Shown piece by piece: positions 12,481 through 24,844 of a stretch of 64,000 nucleotides of DNA (within the stretch, counting starts at the first letter, position 1; each line of letters begins with the position of its first letter). The stretch spans positions 46,480,137-46,544,136 of the forward strand of contig NC_057719.1 of NCBI RefSeq assembly GCF_004010195.1, written 5' to 3'. The position numbers and the translations under genes are program-made. Under the pieces are notes generated by a model. The model saw only the letters and a list, made by a program, of their open reading frames with translations. It searched no databases and had not been told where the DNA came from. This stretch comes from Chiloscyllium plagiosum. Taxonomy: Eukaryota.

Positions 12481-14794
12481 TAAAGCATAAAGCAATTATC
12501 TTGCATTGTACCTCCTGTTGGGTAAACAGAAAGACAATGACAAAGATAAAGTCTGCTCCAGCACTATTCACCTTGACAAGTTCAGAGCAGCAAAGAATTA
12601 CATTGTCCTGAGTAATGTCATCAAGGAAAGAAAAGGAACCACTTTTACACCAGCATTGAGAAAAATCTGGCTAAATAAGGTGTGATTAAAGAATTGGTTC
12701 AAGGTAAAGTTTTCAGGTTTTCCCTTGTTTTAGGCTTAATTTGTAGCAAGTCTACCAGCTGATTTAATGTAATCAGTGAAGCTGGGAGTACCATAAACAC
12801 TAATGTGATTATTTCTACTAAAATGTGTGGTTGAGATTGATGGTTAGAGTTATTATTCAACCATGTTCTTGAATTTAAATATTTATGACTACACTGAGTT
12901 TTGTTTTCATATATGCCTTTGCTTCACCAGCTGACCCCCACAGTGTGAAATTGATGCAATAAATTAGACAGCAGGGTTTTACATGATGTTATATGCAGAC
13001 CATCTCAACTCTAGTGAAAGCTTTGACTGTAAAAGCTAAATGCCAGATATCAAACCCAGATTTTGTTTTTGACTCTCAGTGACAATATATCATTAGTGCA
13101 GACTTGCTAGTTTTTTTTCTCTCTTAACAGGTCCTTGGGAAGAGATTAGAACAGTGGAACGCATTAGTTCTTGACAAGGTGATTGAAACAGCACTTTCTT
13201 GTCCAGAGAAGCAGATTTTACCATCTCTTGTTCTTAACTCTCTTGGTTTTTTTTCCTTCATATAACATGGCTTGAATTGTAATTTTTTAATACTGACATT
13301 TAACATTAGGAACTTGATTTAGGAGGCTTCATATCCTGTTTTTGTTGCTCTATAAAATTCAAGCGTTGACTGTGTTTAGAAATTGAAGCAGTAAATTTAA
13401 AACTTTGGGGCTGCAGAATTCACAGTGTGTGCTATGATGCCTTAAGTCATTGGGTCAGCCCATTAGTACACATGCAAGGATAACCTCTGCTACCATAGAG
13501 GTTATAGTCTATCATACTAAGCCAAAGGTCATCATGTCACATTTGTTTTATCATTAACTCAGACTAATTCATTTTGAAACATACAGAATGCCTTCATTCA
13601 ACTTTTGTGAATGGTAGAGAGGATAATAATTTCAAATTATTAAGTAAGCAAGAAATAGCTTCTGCTCTGACATACCAGTGACCAGAAGCTTTTAATATTA
13701 TTTCAAATTTCTCCTCAATCCTCCTAAAAACACACTTTTCGATATTTATGTATCAGACATGCCTAGTGTCCTTCTTTTCTCGAGTAACCAATTTTCATGT
13801 GTGTATTAAATTAGTGAGTGGCAGTAACTGCTTAACTGTAGATAGTGTAACAACAAAAAATGATTTTATTTTCAACATGCATTTTCCAGCAGAGGCTACT
13901 GGAAAGCAGATAGTCAGTGGATATCTGGCTGATATTTATCTTCATTAAATGAGAGAAAGGTGTAGACAAATATAGCTTCTGGCTGACATTAGCCAAATCA
14001 GATTTGTTGTGTCCTAACTCAGAGTCAGTATTTGAGCATACCCTTAAGAGACATGCTCATGATATCATCACTGTATCGTTTTGGATGATTTAAAGATCTC
14101 ATACTCCATCTTACCTTGGAATTGTTTGAGGCATGACATGCTACTGAAAGCATGCTGATCTATCATTACTTAATGTTTGGATTAATAGTTAACTTTTGGA
14201 TTCTTCAATATCACAATATCCACACCCAGTTTTTTATGTTATGGGGATATCCTGCTGGAGGCAAAATCACATTAACACGAGAAACTACAATTTGGACCTT
14301 CTGGTCAATTTGACCTGGCACCACAACAAATCCTTGTAATTGGAAGGAGAAAGGGATACAGACCTCCTATGGATAATACAAAAAGGCAGATACCAGTATA
14401 ATAAAAAATCCTCTCGCTATGTGATCTGTCAGATGGGTCATTTAAGAAAAACCAATTGGTCTGGGACTGACCTCGTGAGTTTATGGGTCCAGGGGTAGTG
14501 AATCCATGTAGAGTGAGGGGTGATCGTACACAATGGGGAGTTAGGTAACAATTAACTCTCAATATAATATTTCTTTGCAATGTTATTTTACACCTCACAG
14601 TTGCTGATAGCAGGAGTTCCATTTTTGTTGACATGCACATAATGTAAATTAAGAAGTGAAATGCTCAAGCCCAAAATCATGACAAAATACCTTTAGGTCA
14701 AGAAATCAGATGTAAAATGGGATATGAGTGTCAGGTACCTGTGGAAGTCCTGAAATTCAATCCTACACGGAATTGCCTGGAAAATGTAGATATT

Positions 14795-15078
14795 TAATGG
14801 ATAATTCCCTGTTTCCTGGGAACCTAAGATGAGGAAGAATGTCTTCAGCCAGAGGGTGGTTGATCTGTGGAACTTATAGCTGCACAAGGCTGTCATTGAG
14901 TGTATTTAAGACAGACATAGATGGGTTCTTGATTAGTAAGGGAATCAAGGGGTATGGGGAGAAGGGCAGGAGAATGGGGTTGAGAAACATACCAGGCATG
15001 ATCAAATGGTGGAGCAGACTTAGTGGGCTGAATGGCTTAATTCTGTTCCTATATCTTATGGCCTTATGGTCTTACAAG
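14795..15078 (+). mobile_element. CR1 LINE 3' fragment
   Basis: gatgaggaagaatgtcttcagccagagggtgg...tcctatatcttatggccttatggtctta tail. Confidence 0.88.
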
Positions 15079-15084
15079 TGAATA

Positions 15085-15625
15085 ACCCTTTCAACCTGCC
15101 ACCAATCTTTGGCCCAACCACACCCTTGGGTCAACTAAACCTCCAGCCAGACCCAATTATCCTGGGGACTTGGCATCCAAGTACCATCCCTGATTCAATC
15201 AATTTGATAACATGTCCAGAAACTGATTATCTGACCCCAACCCAGTCAGATCTAACTATTCCCAATCATCTGACAAACCCCCAATCTGACTCAATATGAC
15301 TCTTCATCCTGACCTGACTCTCCTCCCAGACCATGCAAATATCCACATTCCCCTAGTAAAGCTCCTTATCAATCATTGCCATCTAACTCACCCACCTACC
15401 ACAGCCACCAATCCACCCTATCCACATACCCATCCAATCCCCACCCATTCATCCACCAAACCACTTCACATACTTACCCATACATCTACAACCAAGGAGA
15501 CACACACCTCTCACCCATCCAATCATCCACCAAACCACCTCACATGCCTACCCACTCATCCATACCCACCTAATCCCCATCCATTTATCCACCAAATCAC
15601 CTCCATCTGTCAATCATCCTTTCAT
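15085..15625. repeat. C/A-rich degenerate low-complexity tract
   Basis: Repeated ccca/cacc/ccatc/ctgac motifs, almost no G on the + strand from about 15380 to 15610. Confidence 0.75.
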
Positions 15626-16044
15626 TGACACTTACAGACAGGATCTTTACATTTACCTGAATACTGCAGTGAGTGTTGGAAAAAGGACATGTCCTCTCTT
15701 TCCCTGACATTACTGTGCCCTGCCAGAATTTCCCCTGGAGATGCTGTTTCCACAATTTGATGAAAGCTGGGGCCAGGAGAGTCTGGGAAAAATGCACAGA
15801 AGCATCAGGTCGGGAGAATCTTCATGGATGTGCATTGGCACCACTGACAAGATCCATGCTCATGTGCTGAGGACTCTTTTTCCTGAAACATTTAAAGCAG
15901 CAACACTGTCATTGACAAGTAGAAGTGCTGCTGATCATAAATCAAAACGGAAATATTTTCCTGTTGCCTTGGTGTGAATTGGTAGGGAATAGTTAAAGAG
16001 AAGCCTTTGTTAGATTTTTCAAATAGTGACTGTCAGACGGTTGG

Positions 16045-16235
16045 AGAAAGCGAGCTCTACAGATGCTGGAGATCAGAGTTGAGTGTGTGGTGCTGGAAAA
16101 GCACAGAAGGTCAGGCAGCATCCGAGGAGCAGGATAATCGACGTTTTGGGATTCCCAATGAAGGGTTCCAGCCTGAAACGTCGATTCTCCTGTTCTTCGG
16201 ATGCTGCCTGACCTGTTGTGCTTTTTCAGCACCAC
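16045..16235. mobile_element. Fold-back PLE terminal-repeat insertion with 16-bp TSD
   Basis: Inverted arms; TSD actgtcagaYggttgg at 16029-16044 and 16236-16251. Confidence 0.9.
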
Positions 16236-16655
16236 ACTGTCAGATGGTTGGCAATTTATTTCAGCAGATTGGAGAATGATTTTCCAAAGTGCATCAGAAA
16301 TTCAGTTACAGAGAGTGTTAGGGAACACTGTTAATTTGATGGAAATGACAGAGTAAGCAGAAGCTGTCTGCAAGCCCATTGGGAGCAGGGATTAACTCAG
16401 GTGCATTTTGATACATAAATACTCCCCCCTCTGTAAAGATAACTAATTACTTATAATATTTAAATGAGGCCATTGGAATTAGATTTTCATTGGTATTTAA
16501 ATTCGACATCACGTGCACTGGGTTCCTGAGCTTCCTGAAAATCACCATTTAAAGGAAAATGAGAAGATTATGCTTAGAATGCCTTACATTACAACATATT
16601 TCTTCTGCTGCTGTTTAATGATATTGCTTTTTATAGATAGCCTCCCATTTTACAG

Positions 16656-19600
16656 CATAGAACAAAGAACAATACAGCATAGGAACAGGCCCTCCAAGCC
16701 TGCACTGCCACATTTTGGCCTTCCATACTAAAATGGTCTTCACTTACAGGATCCATATCTCTTTATTTCCTTGCTATTCATGAATTCGTCCAGGTGCATT
16801 TTGAATGCTGTTATTGTGTCTGCTTCGCCAACTCCTCTGGCAGCACCTTCCAGGCACTAGCCACCCTTTGTGTGAAAACATTGCCCCACACATCTCTTTT
16901 AAAGATGCCCCCTTCCTCACATCTTGAATCTATGTCCCCCAGCAATTGACTCCTCCACCCTGGGAAAAAACCCTGATACTTTCCACTCTATCCATGCTTT
17001 TCACAATCTTATAAACATCTGTCACCCTTTAACCTCCTGCATTCCTGAGAAAACAAACCCAGTCGAGCCAACTTTTCTTTATAGCTAAAATCCCCCATAC
17101 CAGGCAACAGCCTGGTAAACCTTTTCTGTACCTTTTTCACATTCAGGTGACCAGAACTGTATGCAATATTCCAAGTGTGGCCTAACTAAAGTTCTATAAA
17201 GTTGCAACATAACTTGTCTATCCTTATACTCAATGCCCTTTCCAATGAAGGCAAGCATGCCATAAGCCATTTTTACTCCCTTATCTATCTGCACTGCCAC
17301 CTTCAGTAATCTGTGGACTTGCACACCCAGATCCCTCTGCATATCAGTACACTTAAAGATTGTGCCATTCACTTATAATTTCCACCTGTGCTTGACCTTG
17401 TAAAATGCATCACCTCACATTTGTCTGGAATAAACTCCAACTCCCATTTTTCTGCTCATGCCTCCAACTGATCTATATCCTGCTGTATCCTCTGACAATC
17501 CTTCTTATTATCTGCAACTCCATCAGTCTTTGTATAGTCCGCAAACTTACAAATTAGACCAGCTATGTTTTCCTCCAAATCATTTATGTAGATCATGAAC
17601 AGCAGAGATCCCAGCACTGATCCCTGTGGAACACTACTGATCACAACCCTCCATTCCAAAAAAATCCTCCACTGTTACCCTCTGTCTCCTATGTCTAAGC
17701 CAGTTCATTCCTGAAGAAGGGCTCATGTCTGAAACGTCGATTCTCCTGCTTCTTGGATGCTGCCTGACCTGCTGCGCTATTCCAGCAACACATTTTCAGC
17801 TCTGTATCCACCTTGCCAGCTTACCCTGATACTATGTGACATCACCTTTTGTACCAGTCTGCCACAAGGGATCCTGTCAAAGGCTTTACTGAAGTCAATA
17901 CAGACAACATCAATCTCTTTTCCCTCATCAATCGTCTTTGTCACTGCCTCAGAAAACTTAATCAAGATAGTGAGGCACGGCCACCCCCTCACAAAACCAA
18001 GCTATCCATCGCTAATAAGTCCATTTGTTTCTCAATGTGTAGATCTTGTCCCTTAGAATCTTTTCCAATAATTTCTCTACCACTGATGTGAGACTCACAG
18101 GCCTGTAATTTCCAGGATTATCCCAGCTACCCTTCTTAAACAGTGGGATAACATTGGTTCTTCTCCATTGGTTCTTCTGGGACCTCACTTGTGGCCAAAG
18201 AGGATACAAAGATATCTGTCACTGCTCCAGCAATTTGTTCTATTGCCTCCTTCAATATTCTGGGGTGTTATCTACCTTAATATTTTTAAGACGCATAATT
18301 CTTTTTAATAGCAACTTGGTTTAGAAGTTTTGACACTCTCTTCCCTGAGATCATTCTCCATCAATTCCTTCTGTTTGGTGAATACCGACACAAAGAATTA
18401 ATTTAGGACATTACCTACCTCTTCTGGTTCCACCCATGGATTCCCTCCTTTGTCCTTGAGTGGACCAACCCTTTCCCTGGCTACCCTCTTACTTGTTATA
18501 TATGTATAAAGTCTTTGGGATTCTGCCTAATCCTGTTTGCTATCAACTTTTCATGACCCTTTTATCCCTTCTAGTTCCTTGTCTAAGTTCTTTCCTACTT
18601 ATAAACTTCAAGAGTTTCATCAGTTCCCATCCTCTGAGAGCTATATATGCTTCCTTTTTCTTTCTGACCAAGGTCATAACATCCCTGGTCATCCAAGGTA
18701 ACTTGCCACTTTCCTTCATTCTGACAGGAATGTGACACTCCTGATCTCTCATCAACTGCCATATGAAATACTCCCAAATGTCCGATGTAGATTTACCCTC
18801 AAACAGCCACTTCCAATCAAAATTCTCCACTTCCTGCCTAATATTGTTGTAGTTCACCTTTGCCCAATTTAACATCTTGACCTGAGGACTGCTGTCGTCC
18901 CTATCCAAGAGTATTTTAAAACTCACAGTATTATAAGTCACTACTCCTGAAATGTTCCCCCAACTGAAAATTTACTCACCTGGCCAGGCTCATTTCCCAA
19001 AACCAGGTCCAGTGCAACCCTTTCTCTGGGTGGACTGTTTATATACTGTGTCGAGAAACCCTGATGAATGGTCCTTACAAATTCTGCCCCATCCAAGCCC
19101 CTAGCATGAAGTGAGTCCCAGTCAATATAGGGGAAGTTAAAATCACCCATCACGACAAACCTGATGATTTTACATCTTTCAAGATCTGTCTACATATTCT
19201 CCCCCTATCTCCCGCTGGCTGTTGGGAAGCCTGTAGTATACCCCCAGTATTGTGATTTTACCTTTCTCATTCCTGAGTTCTACCCATATTGTCTTACTGA
19301 ACAAGTCCTCTGATGTATCCTCCCTCAGTACAGCTGTGAGATACTCCTTTATCGGTAATGCAACTCCCCCATCCCTTTTACATCCCTTTCTCTCACACCT
19401 GAAACATCCAAATCCCAGGACATTCAGCTCCCAGTCCTGTTCCTCTTTCAGCCAAGTCTCTGAATTCACAATAATGTCATAGTTCAAAGTACTAACCAAA
19501 GCACTAAGTTCATCTACCTCTTCTACAACACTTCTCACATTGAAACACATGCATTTCAGACAACCTCTCCTGCTCTTTTCAGCAGCGTTTCCCTGCCTGT

Positions 19601-19975
19601 TCTTGCTAATGTTTGCCTTGGTTTCTACCTCTCCCTCAATTTATGCAGTTACTGCTCGACTGCTCTCATTCCCATCCCCAACCACACTAATTTAAAGCCT
19701 CCCCAACCACTCTACCTAATATGTCCCCAAAGACATCAGTCCCGGCCCTGCCCTGTGCAGTTTGTACAAGTCTGACCTCCCACAGAACTGGTCCCAATGC
19801 CTCACAAATTTGAAACCTTCCCCCTCACACCATTGTTTCAGCCATGTGTTCATCCTATACATCCTGCTGTTTCTACTCTGACTAGCTTGTGGCATTGGTA
19901 GTATTTCTGAGATAACTACCTTTAAGGTCCTTCATCTCAACTTTTGTCCTAGTTCTCCATATTCTGCTTTTAGGA
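16656..19975 (-). mobile_element. CR1 LINE: near-complete decayed ORF2 plus probable ORF1 remnant
   Basis: APE endonuclease (CFNVRSV..DIIVNSETWL..GGVALPIK..GVYYRLPN, MGDFNFPYIDW) and RT (NYRPVSLTSVVEKLLE, IDFSKAFD, VPQGSVLG, KFADYTK, LVRPHLEYC). Confidence 0.95.
17706..17802 (+). mobile_element. PLE terminal-repeat fragment with hammerhead core, nested in CR1 RT
   Basis: CTGAAGAagggctcatgtctGAAACGTC at 17711-17738 interrupts the CR1 sequence ccagtt|ctgtatcca. Confidence 0.88.
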
Positions 19976-20231
19976 CTATGTCTATGTTGTAACAACCAAA
20001 CCTGGGCAAGATTCCCCAAATTGTCAACGCCCCGAGTAAGGAGGAATGAACTGATCATTTTTTTCATCCAGCCACCCCCTCAGTTGGTCACAACAAGGCT
20101 CATTTGCGAAGAATCCTCCTTCTTTCTCATAGACTAAAGTAACTTATGATTTAATAGGAGCCAATTTAACTAAACATTCTTGAGCCATAAAAACAGTGAG
20201 TTTATTGATTACGAAATGTGGAAAGAAATGT

Positions 20232-20512
20232 TAGGTGAAAGGGGAAAAATTTAAAAGGGACCTAAGGGGCACTTTTTCACACAGAGGGTGGTAGGTGAAT
20301 GGAATGAGCTGCCAGAGGAAGTGGTGGAGGCTGGTACAATTACTACATTTAAAAGACATCTGGATGGGTATATGAATAAGAAGGGTTTAGAGGGAAATGG
20401 GCCAAGTGCTGGCAAATGGGAATAGATTAATTTAGGATATCTGGTGAACATGGACAAGTTGGACCAAACGGTTAGTTTCCATGCTGTACATCTTTATGAC
20501 TGTATGACTTTA
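20232..20512 (+). mobile_element. CR1 LINE 3' fragment
   Basis: aggtgaaaggggaaaaatttaaaagggacctaaggggc...tatgactgtatgact tail. Confidence 0.9.
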
Positions 20513-21045
20513 TAAATAAAAATGCAACATAATATACTCAGATTAGATACAAAGAATGAGTCTAATGAAAGGTAAAAGTTAAAAAGATATACAGATCAGT
20601 CTCTATGGGTTGTTTAAGAGAATAGACAGGAGAATGTTGCTTGTTAAACACTCAATTTCAAGATTCTAGGTTTTGCAGGTTAGTTGAAATTCTTTTTTCC
20701 TGTTTCATTTTGACTGACCTGTTGGCTAGCTAACTTCGGGCACTCAGTGCTACAGAGTCCTCTCCCTGCAATGAGGGGATGACTAGTGGATGGTTCATCA
20801 ATTGTGCTGAAACCTAGTCTAGTACCCACAAGCACCTTAGCTCACTGGAAAACCTTTCATTAGCACTCAGACCATGACTGAACTGGCCTTTAACCCCGTT
20901 CTTGTGTACTCTTGAACGTGGCAGATAGAATACATGCCTCTTGCTTAGAGTGTTGATAGTGCCCAGGAGATTACAGTTCAGTCTGTAGTGCATTTCTTTC
21001 ATTTTACCTCCATCCCTTTGAAGCTTCCTGGCCACTTTACCAGGT

Positions 21046-21380
21046 GTACAAAAGTTAAAAATCACACAATACCAAGTTATAGTTCAACAGGTTTATTTGG
21101 AAATGCTAGCTTTCGGAGCACTGCTCCTTCATGAGGTAGCTGTGGAGTAGGATCATAAGACACAGAATTTATAGCAAGAGATTACAGTGTCATGCAACTG
21201 AAACAATATATTGAACAAACCTAGGTTGCTCTGTCTTATGATCCTGCTCCACAGCTACCTGATGAAGGAGCAGCGCTCTGAAAGCTAGTGCTCCCAAATA
21301 AACCTGTTGGAGTATAACCTGGTGCTGTGTGATTTTTAACTTTGTCCACCCCAGTCCAACACTGGCACCTCCACATCATG
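21046..21380. mobile_element. Fold-back PLE insertion of a second family with two hammerhead cores and a 10-bp TSD
   Basis: Inverted arms about 21046-21162 and 21232-21349; CTGATGAaggagcagcgctctGAAAGCTA at 21259-21287; TSD tttaYcaggt at 21036-21045 and 21381-21390. Confidence 0.88.
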
Positions 21381-23684
21381 TTTATCAGGTATGATATGCC
21401 AGAGTCTCTGTCTCCAGACAGTCACTGAATTTGCTTCTGCAGTCGTTTGTTTTGCTCTAGCAGTCTTTTATTTTCCAAAGAAGTTGCAAGTAGACTGTAT
21501 AATTTCAGTATATCTATAAGCAATCTAGGGTTACAGTCTGTTATCATGACAAGGTTTATATCCAGTTGAGGTGGGAACCTTTTTAGCGACACCCAGTTTA
21601 GTACAAGATTAGGGTGACACCATTACCCATTAGACCATGATGGCATTGCTGGGTGACATGCTTGTAACAAAAATTTACTTTATCATTTGACAAACCAAAC
21701 ATTATGTGAAATCTAATTAGATTGCCTCAAATTTGGATTATTTTGGGGTGTGATTTCTTTTTATTAGGTAGTAAAAGAAATAACATAAATAAGATACATA
21801 TTTGTTTCATTCCTGGCGAATGCAAAGTTTATGCCTGTTATTGAACTAAAATTCTTCATAATGTTCCTTCATAAAATCCTTCATAGTGACCATCTTACTA
21901 GCTCTCCACTTAACCCTTCTCATTTTCTGTGTGGACCGTCCCAGCTTCACTAGTCTCTTTTCATATCTAAAGTCTATCAGTCCTGATATCAGTCCTGATC
22001 TTCTGCCAGCTCTTTACATCGTTGATAATCTTTCTAAATTAGGGTACTCAAAACTTGACACAGTCATTGAACAGCAGCAACTGCTTTCATTTTACCGTTA
22101 CCCTTTTCCTTTCTTTATTTTATCCTACGTTTTATAATATCTAAGATTTCATCAATCGTGACAGTGATGAACCTCAGTGGTAAAATTCCCGGAGCAATAC
22201 TAACACACACAGAATGAAGGTCCAATATAGAATGTAAGAAATATTGGAAGAGCACAGTTCACCCTCATCCTAGTGGATTTTGCCGTTTGCAACTGATTAA
22301 GAAATGGCTCTAAAATGGCAATAGAGAAGATTTATAGCCCAAATTGTGCTCGAGCCCTGAAATGATGTTGACCTACAAAGCCATAAGATGATAAATGTGG
22401 TTAGGGTGAGGTTGAAAAGGTAATGAAAGTAAGTTTGAAATCAGATATTTTTCAGTTACCAAAATATGGTGGGAATCATCTGAAATCTCCATTCACCTCA
22501 TGGGAAACAGATGCGTGCTGCACAACAAAAAATGCACATTTCAAATAAGCAGTATGTGTGGTTTTGTAAAATGGTAATTACTTGTCTGATAGACATTTCA
22601 GGCAAAAGTCCAAGTGATGCTATTTTAAACAAATATTTATAATAACTAGATTTCCCATAACCAGAAGTTGTTCAAAAGTTGTGTAAATGATTGAATGGCA
22701 TTTGCAATTTATACCTCACATGGTTTCACTTTTGACATTTAGGGTAGAATGCCCTGTATATAGTGTTGCGTGGTTTTAGGAAAATATGCACTTCTGCAAG
22801 AGAGGATCTTGAACTTAATGCAGTGACATTTTGTGCCAGACAGTGTGCTGTCAAAACTTTCCATATCTCTTCTTGAACAAAGTGCAAATGTTCTACAAGC
22901 CAGAGGACCAAAACACATGAATAATAAATTCACCCCTTAAAAACACTCCTGTTCCTTCTTATGTCTTATGAGATGGTGAACACATTAAACTTGTTCACTG
23001 CACACTGCTGTTGGGACCTCACTATCTACACCTGCTTCCAATCTATTCAATGATTGCTGGGAATCAGAGGATGCAGAATTAAAAATTAGGTTTTAGTAAT
23101 GCACAAATTAAAATAAATTACATATGATTTAAAGTATAAAAATACACTGCTGTGAAGTCACAAGATTTACAGGCAGCAACTTAAAATGTAGACACTTTCA
23201 AAAAATGTAAGTGAACACATGGACTTGTAACCTAACAATCTTACTGTATGGAAAAGAATGCATTTGTTTGAATATGAACACACCAAAAAAACAGAAACCT
23301 ATGATTAACATATGCAGTCTCATACAGTATTTCTTGGATAAATAACTAGTTTATTCCAAGCTATACAGCTGGGGGCAAGATCCCTGTCTTCATGTGACAA
23401 TATCTGCCTTCAAAAGGATCAGAATGCTGAAAATGTTCATAAATATAAACAGTAATTTAGTGCAGAGAATAATGGAGAGTTTGAGATTATGGCATTACAG
23501 ACAAAACATCCGTAGTAAATCAAACACGTACACTAATATCTCTGAAAGGAAAATGCCTGCTTTTGTAAAGTACCAAGTAAACTTTCCCACACTAATTGCT
23601 CTTTGGGCTATATCGATGGTAAATATCTTTGAAACATGTTTTGCTTCATATTTAAATGTTTGGAAGGGTTATTCATTTTATTTG

Positions 23685-23885
23685 GGAAAAAGTGAGGACT
23701 GCAGATGCTGGAGATCAGAGCTGAAAATGTGTTGCTGGAAAAGCGCAGCAGGTCAGGCAGCATCCAAGGAGCAGGAGAATCGATGTTTCGGGCATGAGCC
23801 CTTCTTCTTATGCCTGAAATGTCGATTCTCCTGCTCCTTGGATGCTGCCTGATCTGCTGTGCTTTTCCAGCATCACATTTTCAGC
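23685..23885. mobile_element. Fold-back PLE terminal-repeat insertion with perfect 15-bp TSD
   Basis: TSD tattcattttatttg at 23670-23684 and 23886-23900; inversion point inside the hammerhead (agcccttcttc|ttatgcctgaaa). Confidence 0.93.
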
Positions 23886-23984
23886 TATTCATTTTATTTG
23901 TCAAGATGAGTTTAAATAGAATATATAAACAGAAAATGCATTCACAAACACACAAAACAACCAGGTCATCAACAAGTTTTAATA

Positions 23985-24400
23985 GTTCCGGTTATGTTGA
24001 TAGACTGAATAGTCTGGGGTTCTTCTCCTCAATGCAGAGAAAGGTTAAGAGGAGATTTGCTAGAGGTGTTTAATGGTATTAAGAGGTTAGACAGACTAAG
24101 TTTAAAACAAAATGTGTTTGCAATATCTGTAGGGTCAATAATCAGAAGACATGAATTAAGGGAATTGGCAAAAGAGCCTTGAGCTACATGAGGAACAATT
24201 TTTCTATGCAGTGAGTTATTTGTAATGCACTGCCTTACAGGGTGGTGCATACAGATGCAATAGTAGCCTTCAAAAGGAGGTTGGGTAAATTATAAGAGGA
24301 AAATTATTGCTGGGAGAGCAAACCATATTGAATTGCTGACTGAAAGAGTCCAATGCGCACTCGTCAGGAAGGATAACCTTCCTTTGTTCTCTATGTGTCC
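23985..24400 (+). mobile_element. Old CR1 3' fragment
   Basis: YVDRLNSLGFFS....RLRGDL-like coding remnant followed by a decayed 3' UTR. Confidence 0.75.
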
Positions 24401-24844
24401 AATATTAAATAAAATTACATAGAATAATAACAGAATCATGTCATTCAGCTATACACTGCTGCTTGTGCTCTGCTCCCACATTACTACATCTCACCTTCTC
24501 AACTTTCCTTCCATGCCTTTCCCCATATCTGTGTTTATCAAACTTCTTCTTCAAGGCAGCTGTGGTATTCATCTCAACAACTCCACGTGGTATGGAGGTC
24601 AAGATTCTCATCAGTCACAAGGTTGTATTGTTTTTTCCATCTTCTTCAAGGGAGTCCCCTGGGCAATATTCACTCTAAGCTGGACAGCTGCATATGCAGC
24701 CACTCCAAGGTTTATGGCCATTGGCATAGACATGCTGAATACACCACTGATGTCCTGTTCTGGATCTCAGATCGCTGCTGTACATATATCTCAGAGGTCA
24801 TGCAGCCAGGAAAAAACAAATTAAAGGGAAGGTTGGTCCTGGGT

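Noticed and set aside
15296..15628. His/Pro/Thr-rich ORF
   Set aside because: Translation of a C/A-rich low-complexity tract that lacks stops by composition.
21976..22000. Short tandem duplications (also about 8681, 18153, 27767, 35794, 44258, 59254)
   Set aside because: Ordinary 10-15 bp slippage duplications with no further structure.
23685..23885. Fold-back units read as DNA-transposon MITEs or pre-miRNAs
   Set aside because: Arms are asymmetric, TSDs vary from 10 to 16 bp, single-arm copies exist, and the same repeat is linked to a PLE RT fragment at 57.8 kb.
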